In this document: in pieces, positions 13,601-25,302 of the stretch
How positions within the stretch are numbered: position 1 is the first letter of the stretch
How the letters are laid out: each line of letters opens with the position of its first letter
Assembly (NCBI GenBank): GCA_000442015.1
Contig: KE560959.1
Location: 124,001 to 188,000 of the forward strand
Length of the DNA: 64,000 nt
Direction: 5' to 3'
From: Rozella allomycis CSF55
Lineage: Eukaryota
Translations under genes and position numbers: made by a program
Notes under the pieces: generated by a model
The model's input: the letters and a program-made list of their open reading frames with translations, nothing else
Told to the model about the DNA's origin: nothing
The model's database searches: none

Positions 13601-13945
13601 ATACTGCAAGTGTAATCTAATTTCTAGGTTAGAATAGCGATTCAATCCAGTTCGGATCAATCCTGAAGGAACTGTAATTTACAGCATTTGCCCGCCTATT
13701 TTACCAACAAAGAAAAATAACGTGTTAGATTATTGCCATGTATTTGCGTGGAACGCGGAGATTGGACGACCAATTCAAATTGGATCCCTGGGAACAAGAA
13801 TTAAATCTATTAATATAAATAATACTTGCCTATTCGCACACTGGTAATTGAATTCTCTATGGAATACAGGATTAAAATAGACTCTAGCGACGGTTTGTTA
13901 GCAGGGTTTAGAGATGGAAATTTAATTACTTTTCACGTTAAATAA
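10679..13945 (+). CDS. Uncharacterised LisH(-CTLH) plus C-terminal WD40 protein
   Basis: LisH-like IYQTILNYLQDQGLHESAQIFSLE; WD40-like repeats (ASDDKKISIY, CSADHSIKFW) in later exons joined by short introns. Confidence 0.6.
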
Positions 13946-14055
13946 ATATTATTTTGCTTATAAGATTTACCAAAAAAGCGTTTTGGTCCTTGATTATATA
14001 CAACTAAACCGACTTAAAATAAGTTAATAACCCCTTCCTTTCCGGTAGTCAAGCA

Positions 14056-14874
14056 ATGTGTTATGAAAGTACTAGTCCATTTCTAGGCGGGTTCATTGCA
14101 TTCTACATAATTTTCAATTCCATTCTTTCAATTTGCCGAATTAAAATAGACTACGATAGAGGTTCCAAATCGTCACGTCATAAAGTGGCAGCATGCGCAA
14201 CAATTTTTCTTTTATGTTATAGCGTGTCATATATTTATGCCGCTATAAATCTCGATGAATTATACTTTAACAAAGGTACTGCATATGCTATGGCAATGAG
14301 TTCCGTTTTCTCGGGCGCTTTTCTAAGCCTATTCTCCTCTCTCAAACATGTGGCAGTCGTTGCAAGCGTCGTCAAAAGGCAAAGAATCATAGTATTTGTT
14401 GTATCGATAATTGTAATCGCAATGGCCGTCATGATATACACGGCTGTAACCGATATTCAAAAGGCAGAAACACTTCCTCCAAAATATTCAATCGCATTCA
14501 GTTTGTGTATAATGCTATGTATTTTCTTTGCAGTATTTCTTGGTGGAGGGTTATTTTCATATCACATTTGGCAGCAAGTTCAAAAATTGCCACAAACAAG
14601 GAGGGCCTTTATTTTATTGTTAACATCAGTAAATATATTCAACTTTCTTTCGATTCTCTGTTGGATCGTAGTTGTAATTGCCACAATGAAGCTAACGGGA
14701 ACTATCTATACTACGCCATCGACCATCATTTGTATGAATACGATCTTATTTTTTGAAAACTTTGGTGATCTTTTGACAAGAGAAGTTGCATCGCGTGAAA
14801 GGAATAAGTCTGCCGCAAAAAATTCGAAAGATATGACTGGCGCGTTAAAATCAGGAGCAGCACTTAAGTCTTAA
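14056..14874 (+). CDS. Orphan seven-transmembrane protein
   Basis: Intronless 272-aa ORF with seven hydrophobic segments and a basic C-tail. Confidence 0.6.
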   Translation: MCYESTSPFLGGFIAFYIIFNSILSICRIKIDYDRGSKSSRHKVAACATIFLLCYSVSYIYAAINLDELYFNKGTAYAMAMSSVFSGAFLSLFSSLKHVAVVASVVKRQRIIVFVVSIIVIAMAVMIYTAVTDIQKAETLPPKYSIAFSLCIMLCIFFAVFLGGGLFSYHIWQQVQKLPQTRRAFILLLTSVNIFNFLSILCWIVVVIATMKLTGTIYTTPSTIICMNTILFFENFGDLLTREVASRERNKSAAKNSKDMTGALKSGAALKS

Positions 14875-14910
14875 ATAAAGGCATGACAAATATAAAAGTA
14901 AATAATTTAT

Positions 14911-15364
14911 TTAGCTATAGTTTAAACGAAACATGTCATTGTGTACATAAAAAGAATTTCCATTTTGCACCAATTGAAATGTTTGACTAAACTTGTGCGG
15001 AACAGCTTCGTCATCAACCTTTTTAATTGGCAAAAATATTTTCTACCTTAAGTTCACCAGTGACCAAAATATGGATAGCGTTAGGAAATGAATTTTGAGC
15101 ATCAATAGTGGTGATAGCATGTTGAACTTTTTGGAACGGTAGTTCCTATGTTAAACTAATTAAACAACCGTTTACAACCAATTTTTTCACGATAGCTTCA
15201 ATCCCCTTGCATTCAAGCCCCTCAAAAGTTAAAGTTGATTGATTTTGCTAATTTTTTATACCACCATATCTTACATACAAAGATTGAAGTTGTGTTCGGT
15301 CTTTATCGAAAACTCCGTAATAATAATTAACAAATTCTCTTGCTACTTGATTGACGTCAGTCAT
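14911..15364 (-). CDS. NTF2: Nuclear transport factor 2
   Basis: Not in ORF track. Spliced: MTDVNQVAREFVNYYYGVFDKDR..LTFEG..LPFQKVQH..VTGEL..FSQTFQL..VHNDMFRLNYS*. Confidence 0.9.
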
Positions 15365-15471
15365 GTTCGGTGCAAAAAATAACTAGGAATTTTACTGGTC
15401 CCTCAGGCGAATTTACAAAATTGGTTTATGCATAATGAATTTTTATACTTTATTATCCGAGAGTAGCCAAT

Positions 15472-15975
15472 TTAAGAGAACAATGCTAATGCGACTATTA
15501 CTGCGATTCCAGTCAATTGGTACTTTAAAGTTGAAGATTCGCTTTCAGATAGCAATGAATCATTTAAGGAAGTGCTGTTATTTCCAGTGCCTTCAATGGG
15601 TTCCATATTAGGACTTTCGCTTCCTGTGTCATGGGCTGATGCTGCGTCTTGAGGTCCATCAGGTTGAAGTTTGCTGGGATCTTTCTTTGAACTCTCTGTT
15701 TCTTCTGAATGCTCATTTCCAGTTTCATTTAGGCCTTTCAAGGCATCGCTTTTCTTTTCACCCGAGCTTGAGTGTTGTCCTTCGTGTTGAGAAGGATTTT
15801 CAGTTCCGTATTGCGATGGGTTTTCATTTCCATACTGCGACGGATTCTCACTTCCATATTGTGAAGGATTTTCTTCATATTGGGATGGATTTTCACTTCC
15901 ATATTGAGATGGGTTTTCTTCATATTGGGAAGGATGTTCTTCGTATTGAGATGGATGTTCATCGGCTTGTTTAGA
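15472..15975 (-). CDS. C-terminal half of a repeat-rich surface protein (ENPSQY repeats, hydrophobic C-tail)
   Basis: Open frame from the N at 15976; eight PSQ-containing repeat units; ends LTGIAVIVALALFS* like a GPI signal or membrane anchor. Confidence 0.7.
   Translation of the reverse strand, partial: SKQADEHPSQYEEHPSQYEENPSQYGSENPSQYEENPSQYGSENPSQYGNENPSQYGTENPSQHEGQHSSSGEKKSDALKGLNETGNEHSEETESSKKDPSKLQPDGPQDAASAHDTGSESPNMEPIEGTGNNSTSLNDSLLSESESSTLKYQLTGIAVIVALALFS
15783..15963 (-). repeat. Coding tandem repeat, 21/24-nt units (E[E/GS]-[H/N]PSQY)
   Basis: Direct repeats visible in DNA and protein. Confidence 0.85.
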
Positions 15976-16353
15976 NCGTATGGGAGTCATTGGCTTTAGG
16001 CTATTATTAACTGGGAAAAACTCCGCCGAGGCCGTATGCTTACTGACACTTTTGGCCTGCATTATCCAATTTTTAATTTTTGTATTCTCCTCGACCTTCG
16101 GATACAATCTTCTATTAAACAAAGGCCTCTTTCAAACCATATGGTTCTACCATCTCCTCTCTAGCAATTCTAATATCATCAATATACAGCATTTCTCCGA
16201 CAGTCTTAATATCATCAACCAAAACTGTGACGGTCTTGTCAGCCTCTGCCAGGACTATTCTTTCTAACTTCAACTCTCTCTGACATTAGACAGGGGTTTG
16301 TTAACNCTTAGCTTTGGGGACCGTACAATGAAAGAATAGAATTGCTCAGCCAC

Positions 16354-16409
16354 GGACAGACAGACAGACACACAGACACACAGACACACAGACACACAGA
16401 CACACAGAC
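16354..16409. repeat. Microsatellite (GACA)n then (CAGACACA)n on a small N-bounded contig
   Basis: ggacagacagacagacacacagacacacagacacacagacacacagacacacagac between Ns at 16306 and 16501. Confidence 0.9.
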
Positions 16410-16749
16410 TGAAACCATTCGACAACTACCCTGGTCAACAGTATAAATCCCTTAAAGTGAATGTGTAATCGAAGTGAAAATGGTGTTAACACGATTTTCA
16501 NTTGTTTCGTTTCTATTAAATATATTGTCTTAAACATCAAGCAGTTTGAAAATGTTCGCAGGTGATTACTAAAATGTTTAACACCAAGTATGGTGTCTGC
16601 AGAATAATAAAATATGTATTAAAATGCACTAATGCACTATGCAGTATTAGTAATTAGAATTTAATGTTATATGAGGATTGCCATAATGTTTGTAAAAGTG
16701 CGCAATTAATGGTGGCGGAGTATATCTCGGTCATACACTTCAACAAAAA

Positions 16750-17249
<500 letters not shown>

Positions 17250-17298
17250 ATAAACTGAACTTTTGTTTACTTGGCTACAAATATTTTTCAATTTCCCA

Positions 17299-18558
17299 AT
17301 GCTGACGGAGAGCACGAGTGAAATCGATATTCAAGAATCAGAAGTGGAAAAAATTATGGCCAATCACAAAGCTCAATCTTTCATTGCAATCTTGGAGGAC
17401 GCGATAGATCAATTAGCTATTCTAGATGATCTAATTCCTGAAAATGATCATAATAGATCACAAGAGCGAATAGTAATACATTTTTCGGTGATAAATTAGC
17501 TTGGAAATGAGATTAATAGAATAATGAAAGAGAGACACGAATTGGAATATAGATATCAAAGTCTTGCCAAAGATCAGCCTACTTTGAAGACGAAAACCAA
17601 CAAATTCCTTTATAAAGAAAATCAACAAATGCTTAATAATTTATCTAATGAATACGCTCAATCTACTCAAGGTTACAATACTATTAGCCTGTTATCTAGT
17701 TCTGGCCAGAACTTTAAAGTCCCATCCCGCTATTTCGCAGAATATCAAAAAGATTCAAATAGAAAGAGGAAATGTGCAAACTTTAATATTCAAAACAATG
17801 CGTGAATTGAAAGAAGGTAGATACAATCACATAGCGAAATACCTCGACGAAGAGCACAATAGGCGAAACGCCCTTCAGAACACTATAGAAAGGTATCATT
17901 AAATTGCCAAAGTAAAAGGGAGAAGAAGGCGGTTCAGATTTTGAGAAAGCTCAAAGAAGAATTGAACCTGGAAAAGACCAATTACGATAACGAGCTTCAC
18001 GAGAGAAACCAGGTTATACAGCATTTGCGAGACACCATTCAAGAAATCACTGTTCTTACTAATGCAGAGCAAAAGTATACTAGAAAAGAAATGAAGGCCC
18101 GAGAAGCAAGTTTTAAGCAGCAATACTCTGAAAAAGAATCAAGCTTGATTGATGAACGCCAGCAATTACAAAAACAGATTGAATTGGAGGAAAAAGCTCA
18201 CGAGAGAATTGTCGAATTTCTGAACCAACAAAAGGATGACTTGGAAAACCAAATACAAATATGGATGACAAAACACGAAGAAGACACTGAAAAAAAATCA
18301 ATGGAGCTTGAATCCTTAAAAACTCAGAGAGCTCAGGATTTGGAGAAATTCGAGCAATTGGTGAACACTTATGAAGAATATGAAAAATTTGTCGAGGAAT
18401 ATAAAATACAAAAGAAAAAGGAAGAAGAGATGAGAAAAGTTATGGAAGAGCAAACCCGTGCTGCTCTTGTACTTCAAAGATGGTACAGAAAGCGCTTGCA
18501 GAAAGCGAAATCATCTGCCAAGACGAAAAAGAAGAAGAGCGCTAAAAAGAAAAAATAA
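17299..18558 (+). CDS. DRC9: Dynein regulatory complex subunit 9 (IQCG-like), flagellar
   Basis: Long coiled coil with WMTKHEEDTEKK..DL..EYE, IQ-like AALVLQRWYRK and Lys-rich tail matching the IQCG layout. Confidence 0.8.
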
Positions 18559-18565
18559 AATGGAT

Positions 18566-19331
18566 TTATATGAAGATTATTTTCTTTGGATTTAGTGTAA
18601 AAATACATTCAAGGAGCTCGTCTTTTGAAATGTCAAAAATGCAGCGTGTTTTAACGTCCATGCCCATATCTATAGCGAGAGTATCGACTGTTTTAAAGAT
18701 ATCGTTTTCTATTCATTTAAATGATTCTTTTTTACCTAATTTTTGTAGTTTTAAAACTCTGTCAGAAGTTCCAACCCCAGTGGAGCCTTGAGTATTTTTA
18801 AGAAGCTCAATCTGTTCATTTGGTTTCAGATGTTTAGCGAAAAGCTTGTAAACTTTTAAATTACGCGAATTCTTAATATCCCTTTCTTAATAGCAAAGGA
18901 TCGTTACTTTATGATATCGCAGCATTTTCTCGCAGAGTATGACAGTAAAATCGTGTTGAGCGGTGATTTTTTATTTAGGAATTCAAAATCACTGCAATTT
19001 CTTTTATCTGATATTTCCACTATTTAAAAACATGGTGTATTCTTTACAATTATCAATTAAAGAATAGTTTTCAATCTCTGGGCGAGATTTTACATAAATT
19101 GATAATTTGTCTTTAAAGTATTCTTCTATTTCTTCAGATGTATATTCCTGCAGCTCTTGACCTACAAACAATGATTTTGATTTCTAGATGATTAAAAGAC
19201 CAGAAATTTACCTGATCAACAAGATTAATATACAAACATACCTTTTTAACAATTGCTTTTGAATCTTCATCTTTCAAAGCGCGCTTTTTCGTGAAAATAT
19301 GCTCAAAGTCACCGTCCAAAGAATCAGCCAT
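18566..19331 (-). CDS. CMS1: Cms1/CMSS1 90S pre-ribosome-associated protein
   Basis: MADSLDGDF start; KLFAKHLKPNEQIELL..GVGTSDRVLKL motif; ends IFDI..KKIIFI*. Confidence 0.75.
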
Positions 19332-19339
19332 AGAATTTG

Positions 19340-19345
19340 GTGGCT
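19340..19345. promoter_or_regulatory. AGCCAC/GTGGCT start-proximal motif (example inside the CMS1/UTP21 spacer)
   Basis: Same hexamer within about 20 nt of the ATG at 4711, 4983, 34651, 37107, 49486 and 62283. Confidence 0.55.
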
Positions 19346-19349
19346 TGGA

Positions 19350-21959
19350 ATGAAAAAATTTAAGAAAGAGGAATCTGAGCATTTAGATTCGAGTTTATTT
19401 TCATACTATAGAAAATGTGATGTTGTTTGTGATAGTGGAATTTGCACTGTTTCGTATTTGGGCAAATCTTTTTTCATTACGACTGTTGTTGGGAAATCGT
19501 TTCATGTTTATGAAGGATCCAAGCAGAAATTATTGTTTATTAGCAAACCGTTGAAGAATAAAATATCGGCCATGGCGTCTGTAGATGAGCATACGTTGGT
19601 AGCTTCCGGCAATGAGTTTCTTGTGTATTCTAGGGCTGATGTTGTTTCGTGCATTACTTTGGATGAGAGTATTGATGAAATATTGGTGTTGGGAGATTAT
19701 GTTTCATTGTTATCTAAAATGGAGAATTCACTGACTGTTGTNATGGAGAATGCACTGACTGTTGTACATTGGAGGCAAGATAAACAAGTTTTGGAAGATA
19801 TGAATGTAGTTTCAAAAATAAAGTTTGATAAAGAATTCCAAGCTTGTTGTCATATTCACCCAGATACTTATTTTAATAAAGTTTTAGTAGGTGGTAGGGA
19901 TGGACGAATTCAACTGTGGAATGTTAAGACAAGGTAATTAATGATAGTGGAATTGAAAAGAACATTAATATACGAGTTTCAAAAATACGAAAGAACTATT
20001 TGTAGTCTGGTTCAAACAACTGCACTGGATGTAGCAGCTGTTGGGTACATGGATGGCACAATTCAATTGATTCATTTAAAGAAAAATGTGCTTGTTGGTG
20101 AATATAAGCAACATGGTTCTGTCAATGCAATATCATTTAGAGAGTCTGATGTGAACATGCACATGATTTCAGTTTCAACAAATGGCCATATAACAGTTTG
20201 GGATTTAAATGAAATGAAGCAAGTTTACTTGAAAGACACTGGATTGGATTCTATTGGATTTTGTTCTTACATTAGAGGAACCAATTTAATTCTTGTAGCG
20301 TCAAAATTGAATGCGATTCAAGTAAATTCTAGTTTATGAATAAATGAAAGGTTTGGTCGTTTAACGATACGAGAAAAGATTTAACAATTTTGAAAGAGAG
20401 AAAAGGATTGTCAAGTTCAGCTTCATTTGTTAAATTTGTTGATAATAATTTGGTTTACACTGGAAATGAAAAGGGAGAATTGGAGCTCGTTCATATTTCA
20501 AGAGATTCTCACAATAGAATTTTCTCTAAAGGAAAAGAAAAGAATCTTAGCCTTTCAACGTTTTCTATTCCATCCACTTTACATAATGAGTGGGGTTGTT
20601 TAGCTGGATCAAGTTTAAAAGACAATAGCATCTCCATTTGGTCTCAACATAATAAAATTGTTTCAAAAGTCTATTTTGATAAACAAAAGGAAACAATTTC
20701 TGCTCTGGAAACTTCTCTTTGCTCAAACTTTTGTGCTTATGGAACATCTAAAGGAAGTTTGGTCTTGTTCAACCTCCAATCCAGTATTGTAAGGTGTAGA
20801 ATTCAAGGTATGTTTAACCAAAATTTATGAATTAGCACACAATGAAATAATCACTGGTGTTTTTATTGACGATACAAACCAATATGTTGGAACTGCTTCA
20901 CTTGATGGATTTGTGAAAATTTGGAAATTTAAAGACTTTTCTCTTTTGCATTCTATAAACATTGGTGCTTCAATTAATCTTATTTATAAGAAAAGAGAAT
21001 CATCTTTTCTTGCTGTATCTTGCGATGATTGTTCTATAAAGTTGATTGACTTGGATAATAAAAAAGTGGTGAGAACGTTCCTGGGTCCAAAGAAGCCAGT
21101 ATTGGCATTGGAAATATCAAACGATAATCGTCTTCTTTTAGCGTCTTCAACAGATTCCACTGTTTGTGTCTTTAACATTCCAAGTGGAAAGCAAGTTGAC
21201 AAGATGGTTTGCGAATTCACTCCAAAATCCATTTCAATTAGCCCTAACGATCTTTGCTTTTCTATTTCATATGTTGATGATTTGGGATTTCATCTTTTTA
21301 TGAACAAATCATTTTTTGAATCGGTTTCAACTTCATTACCTGCCATCGAATTCAATAACGCGGCATCCAGTGCAGAATTAATAGTTTCTGAAAATGAATC
21401 CAAATGGAGATCTTTAATAAATTTAGATACAATTAAAAAAAGAAACACGCCAAAAGAACCTCCAAAGAAACCAGAAAACGCTCCATTCTTTCTTTCGTCA
21501 GCTTCTTCAGTTCCTGTTATAGAAGATAAATCTGAGGGAGTTCCAATCTTATCTGATGAATTTCAATTCGATTATTTATTTTCATTAAGTCCAAGTAATT
21601 ATTTTAAAGTGTATTCAATAGATGATTTGATTAAAGAATTAGAAAATATGCCAATTTCACGCATTGACCTATTAATTATTCTTCTAGGGGAAAACAGAAT
21701 GAAATTTTTAAAAGCATTAATTCCTTGTTTAACCTCCAAGGCATCGTTTGATATGATCATGTCCATCTTGTCTAGATTTTTAGCGGTAAGTTTTGATATC
21801 TATAAAATATTTTAGATTCACGGCGAAAATATATTCCAAGATGCTGCAGATGAAGATCTAGATATTTTAGAAACAGTTTTATCTTCATTGGAAGGATCAT
21901 GGAACGCCAACGAAAATACCTTTCAAAGCTGTCTAAACTTGCTTTCAATGTTATGTTAA
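19350..21959 (+). CDS. UTP21: U3 snoRNA-associated WD40 protein Utp21/WDR36
   Basis: HPDTYFNKVLVG, LDVAAVGYMDGTI, WRSLINLDTIKKRNTPKEPPKKPENAPFFL; several short introns. Confidence 0.9.
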
Positions 21960-22005
21960 ACTAATAAATTATTTCTTTGAAAATTAATTTGTCAATTTTA
22001 CAAAA

Positions 22006-22964
22006 ATGTCTTCCTGCATTGTTTTAGGAGGTTCTGGATTTATTGGTAAATACATAGTCCAAAAACAAAAAGGTCGCAGAGTATGTCAGCATCTCGTGCA
22101 AAACGGGTTCAAAGTCAAATCCATATCCAGACACCCATTCAAAACGCAAAACGATTCCATTCAGTTTCATCCAATGGATTTATCAAAACCATCAGCAAAA
22201 AATATCGCCAACCTTTTGGACAAAAATGTAAAGGGCATTATCAACTTGATTGGCATCATGTACGAAGACAAGTCACGGGGCATCACATTCCAAAGACTTC
22301 ACGAGGAGCTCCCGAAAGAACTTTCCGTGGTCGCTAAAGAAAATGACTTGCATCTAGTTCATGTCAGTGCCATAGGCGCAAATTCCAATTCTGATATACC
22401 GTACCTTCGATCAAAAGGGCACGGAGAACGATATTGCAGCGATAGCGGATGCAAGTACACAATTCTCCGTCCAAGTCTAGTTTTTGGGCCAGAGGACACA
22501 TTTTTTAATGTAAGAAATTAGTTAAATTTTTACAGCGTTTTGCAATGTTGCTAAACTTTTTGCCAGTCTTACCTGTCTTCAATGGCGGTAAAAGTCTATT
22601 TCAGCCTGCATACGTGGATGACATTGCCGAAGCAATAGTTAAAATTGTCGGTAATGCAAATGAATACAATGGCAAAATTTTTGAATTGGCGGGCCCAGAT
22701 GTTCTAACTTACAGGCAAATGATGGAAAAGATAGTAGCGTACACTGGGAAAACGCGCCCGATTGTATCTATGCCTAATTCAATTGCTAACTTGCAGGCGT
22801 TTTTCATGGAGATGCTTCCAGTTAACCCTTTAACCATCACGAGAGATCAAATAAAAATGCTGGGAATGAATAATGTAGCTTCAGAAAATATGCCGGGATT
22901 CAAAGAATTGAAAATAACTCCAAAATATATTGATGAAATAGTCCCTCAATATTTAAATAAATAG
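22006..22964 (+). CDS. Atypical SDR, NDUFA9/Coq11-family NAD(P)-binding protein
   Basis: GGSGFIG, HVSAIGA, YLRSKGHGE, ILRPSLVFGPED, FQPAYVDDIAEAI, FELAGP, ITRDQ. Confidence 0.85.
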
Positions 22965-22988
22965 TCAATTTTATTTCAAAAATAAAAA

Positions 22989-23061
22989 TAGCAGCGCCAA
23001 GTTTCGATCAAGGGACCTCTGAGTTATGAGCCCAGCGCTCTTCCAACTGAGCTACGCTGCT
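22989..23061 (-). tRNA. Initiator tRNA-Met (CAT)
   Basis: AGCAGCGTAGCTCAGTTGGAAGAGCGCTGGGCTCATAACTCAGAGGTCCCTTGATCGAAACTTGGCGCTGCTA: A1-U72 pair, CAT anticodon, ATCGAAA T-loop, followed by a T5 Pol III terminator. Confidence 0.9.
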
Positions 23062-23067
23062 TGATAT

Positions 23068-23964
23068 TTAACACGACAATTGTTTAACTGTGTCGTTGCT
23101 CAAAAATATAGTTAGACTATATATTGCCCAAATGGTAACAATGGTCATGCTCCAGTATTTTATCGACGACTTGAAATCTAAGCGATCAAGTTCCATTGAA
23201 AATGTGGACAATGTACTTAACGACCCACAAAATCCTTTAGACACTCCTAAAATCATAAAGCATTCAACTGAAGAGTTTTGATGCTTGCCAGAGGTCCTCG
23301 CATATGTTAAATATAGCAATATCATAGAAGCAAGAAAGTTTGAAATCCAAGTTCCCACCGGCCATTTATGAAAACACTTTTTGCACATGATTCCTAGACA
23401 GTAGCGGGAAAAAGCACCTAAAGGACTAACAATTAATGCTACATATATCCATCCATATGCAATATTCATACACAAGGCTACAATGCAAATTATGTATACC
23501 ATTAAAATTGAAATTAGATATAAAATTATTAATGTTTTGCTTCTTCTTGGGTCTACTTTTATATGTAGCCAATCAATAAGAGTGCTAATTGGGATCTGTT
23601 TTCCTAATAGATAAAATCCATGAATAAGCGTATATCCAATCAAGGCAAAACTGAATAAGCTACCTATAGATTCAATACGCTTGCTAATAAGAATCGATTC
23701 AGCCGTCCAAGTGGAAAAAGAAGTTAGGGATCCACAGAATCCTGTCATCAGTCCAATTAGATGAGGTCTTTCTTGATTTCCATCTTCATTGGAGCCTGTG
23801 TTTGCTTTATTAAAGATTGAAATAAGTATGCATCCAACAATCTGTGGGTAATAGAAGGATGGCAACAAAAATGACGCATCTTTGCAAGCTATTTCGAGCG
23901 CTATTCTGAGCATCGTTCCAGCTAAAGAATAAAATCCGATTGCTATTAATGTTTGGAACTCCAT
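23068..23964 (-). CDS. FEX1: Fluoride export protein FEX (two CrcB/Fluc domains)
   Basis: Two GFCGSL(T/S)xxSTx motifs, PLGAFSRY, PVGTWISN; intronless. Confidence 0.88.
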   Translation of the reverse strand: MEFQTLIAIGFYSLAGTMLRIALEIACKDASFLLPSFYYPQIVGCILISIFNKANTGSNEDGNQERPHLIGLMTGFCGSLTSFSTWTAESILISKRIESIGSLFSFALIGYTLIHGFYLLGKQIPISTLIDWLHIKVDPRRSKTLIILYLISILMVYIICIVALCMNIAYGWIYVALIVSPLGAFSRYCLGIMCKKCFHKWPVGTWISNFLASMILLYLTYARTSGKHQNSSVECFMILGVSKGFCGSLSTLSTFSMELDRLDFKSSIKYWSMTIVTIWAIYSLTIFLSNDTVKQLSC

Positions 23965-23982
23965 AATGATTCTTGAATTTTC

Positions 23983-24586
23983 ATGATCGCCCAAGAGTTG
24001 TTTGATCGCAAAAAGAACTTGGAGAACATGCTTCAACAACAGGAAAGAATATTAAAAGAAGTATTAAAGTTTTTGTTTGTATAACAGAATCACGTTGGCC
24101 TAAAAGGTTCCCTGGTGGACGACCAAGGTTTTCCTTTAGAAGGAATAGACATTCCCGCTGTGACGAGCGCCAGGCGCAAGATAAATGAAATTAATACAGA
24201 CTATAATCTTCTGATGAAAGAAATAGAAAAGTATCTTGAACAACATTTTCAAAAAGAAGAAGGTGAAGGCAATCATGCAATTCATAGTCCGTTTGCAAAG
24301 GTCAAATCTGTTGTTCCTGATTCTCCTGCGTTTAAGTGTGTAAATTTTTTTGCTTTATTGAGAGTAGGGTATTTGTGTACACGACCAAATCATCCAGTTA
24401 GGCTCTATTATGCATGACGGTGAAACGAATTCTTGGATGAAGACATTGTCTTCATATATCCTAAGCATGAAAGATCAAACCGTGGATGTGAAATTGATCC
24501 GTCAAGGGATTGTCCACACGTTACAATTGATTCCTTGCGAATGGAGTGGCAAAGGACTGCTTGGGTTGGAGCTAATTCCATTGTAA
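23983..24586 (+). CDS. NAS2: Proteasome assembly chaperone Nas2/PSMD9 (PDZ)
   Basis: LVDDQGFP..IDIPAV..RRKINEINTDY, FAKVKSVVPDSPA, WSGKGLLG; two introns. Confidence 0.88.
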
Positions 24587-24587
24587 N

Positions 24588-25082
24588 GGCTTGTTTAGAT
24601 TGCACTGGGGTTTCATTCACGACATCAGCTTGTTTAGATTGGACTGTGTTCTCGTCAGCTTGTTTAGATCTAACTGGATTTTCATGCACCACTTCAGCCT
24701 GTTTCGATTCTCCTGATTGTTTAGCATCAGCCTGTTTAGGATTTGCGTGTTTGCTTTCTTCGCTACCATGATCTTTTAAAGCCATTGGTTTCTTGTCATC
24801 TTTTTTGTGGTCCTTTTTGTCGTCTTTTTTAGCATCTTCATTTGTAGCGTTATCTTTTTCTGTTCCATCATATGTTGTTGATTCTAATTCTGAAGCATGT
24901 TCTCTTCTTTGTTCCTGGTCGGCCATTAGAATAGACTCTGGGATATCTGTTAATGGAGTAAAGTCGTTTGATGACACTTCAGTCATTGGATCTTTAATCT
25001 TTTTCGTTTCTGGGTAGTCATTTGAAGTTGATTGAGAAGCGACCAAAGCGACTAGTAATGCTAATATAGATAATGTTTTCAT
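24588..25082 (-). CDS. N-terminal half of a secreted repeat protein (signal peptide, KKDD and SKQA repeats)
   Basis: MKTLSILALLVALVASQ signal-like start; repeats run into the N at 24587. Confidence 0.7.
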
Positions 25083-25302
25083 CTGAATGTTACAACTAGG
25101 GGAAATGCAACAGATTTTATAGGGTGTGAAAGTAAAATGATTGGTTCAAAAAGTGTCATCTAAAAATAGAAGATGGAATTGAAAATAGAAAGTACTAAAT
25201 AAATGCTACGACGTTAAGCATTAGCAATTAAAATATTAAATTATATACTTTAAAATAATTAAATTTCAATTAAAAACCATAAAATTCAAGTATGAAATAT
25301 GT

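Noticed and set aside
15472-16122. 216-aa ORF-track protein starting MFNRRLYPK
   Set aside because: Chimeric across the N at 15976; the 5' part comes from an unrelated small contig
19719-19766. 23-nt duplication (MENSLTV / MENALTV) in UTP21
   Set aside because: Straddles the N at 19742 with one substitution; a heterozygous site assembled twice
24408-24586. C-terminal extension of the 224-aa ORF 24408-25082
   Set aside because: Reads across the N at 24587 into the antisense strand of NAS2
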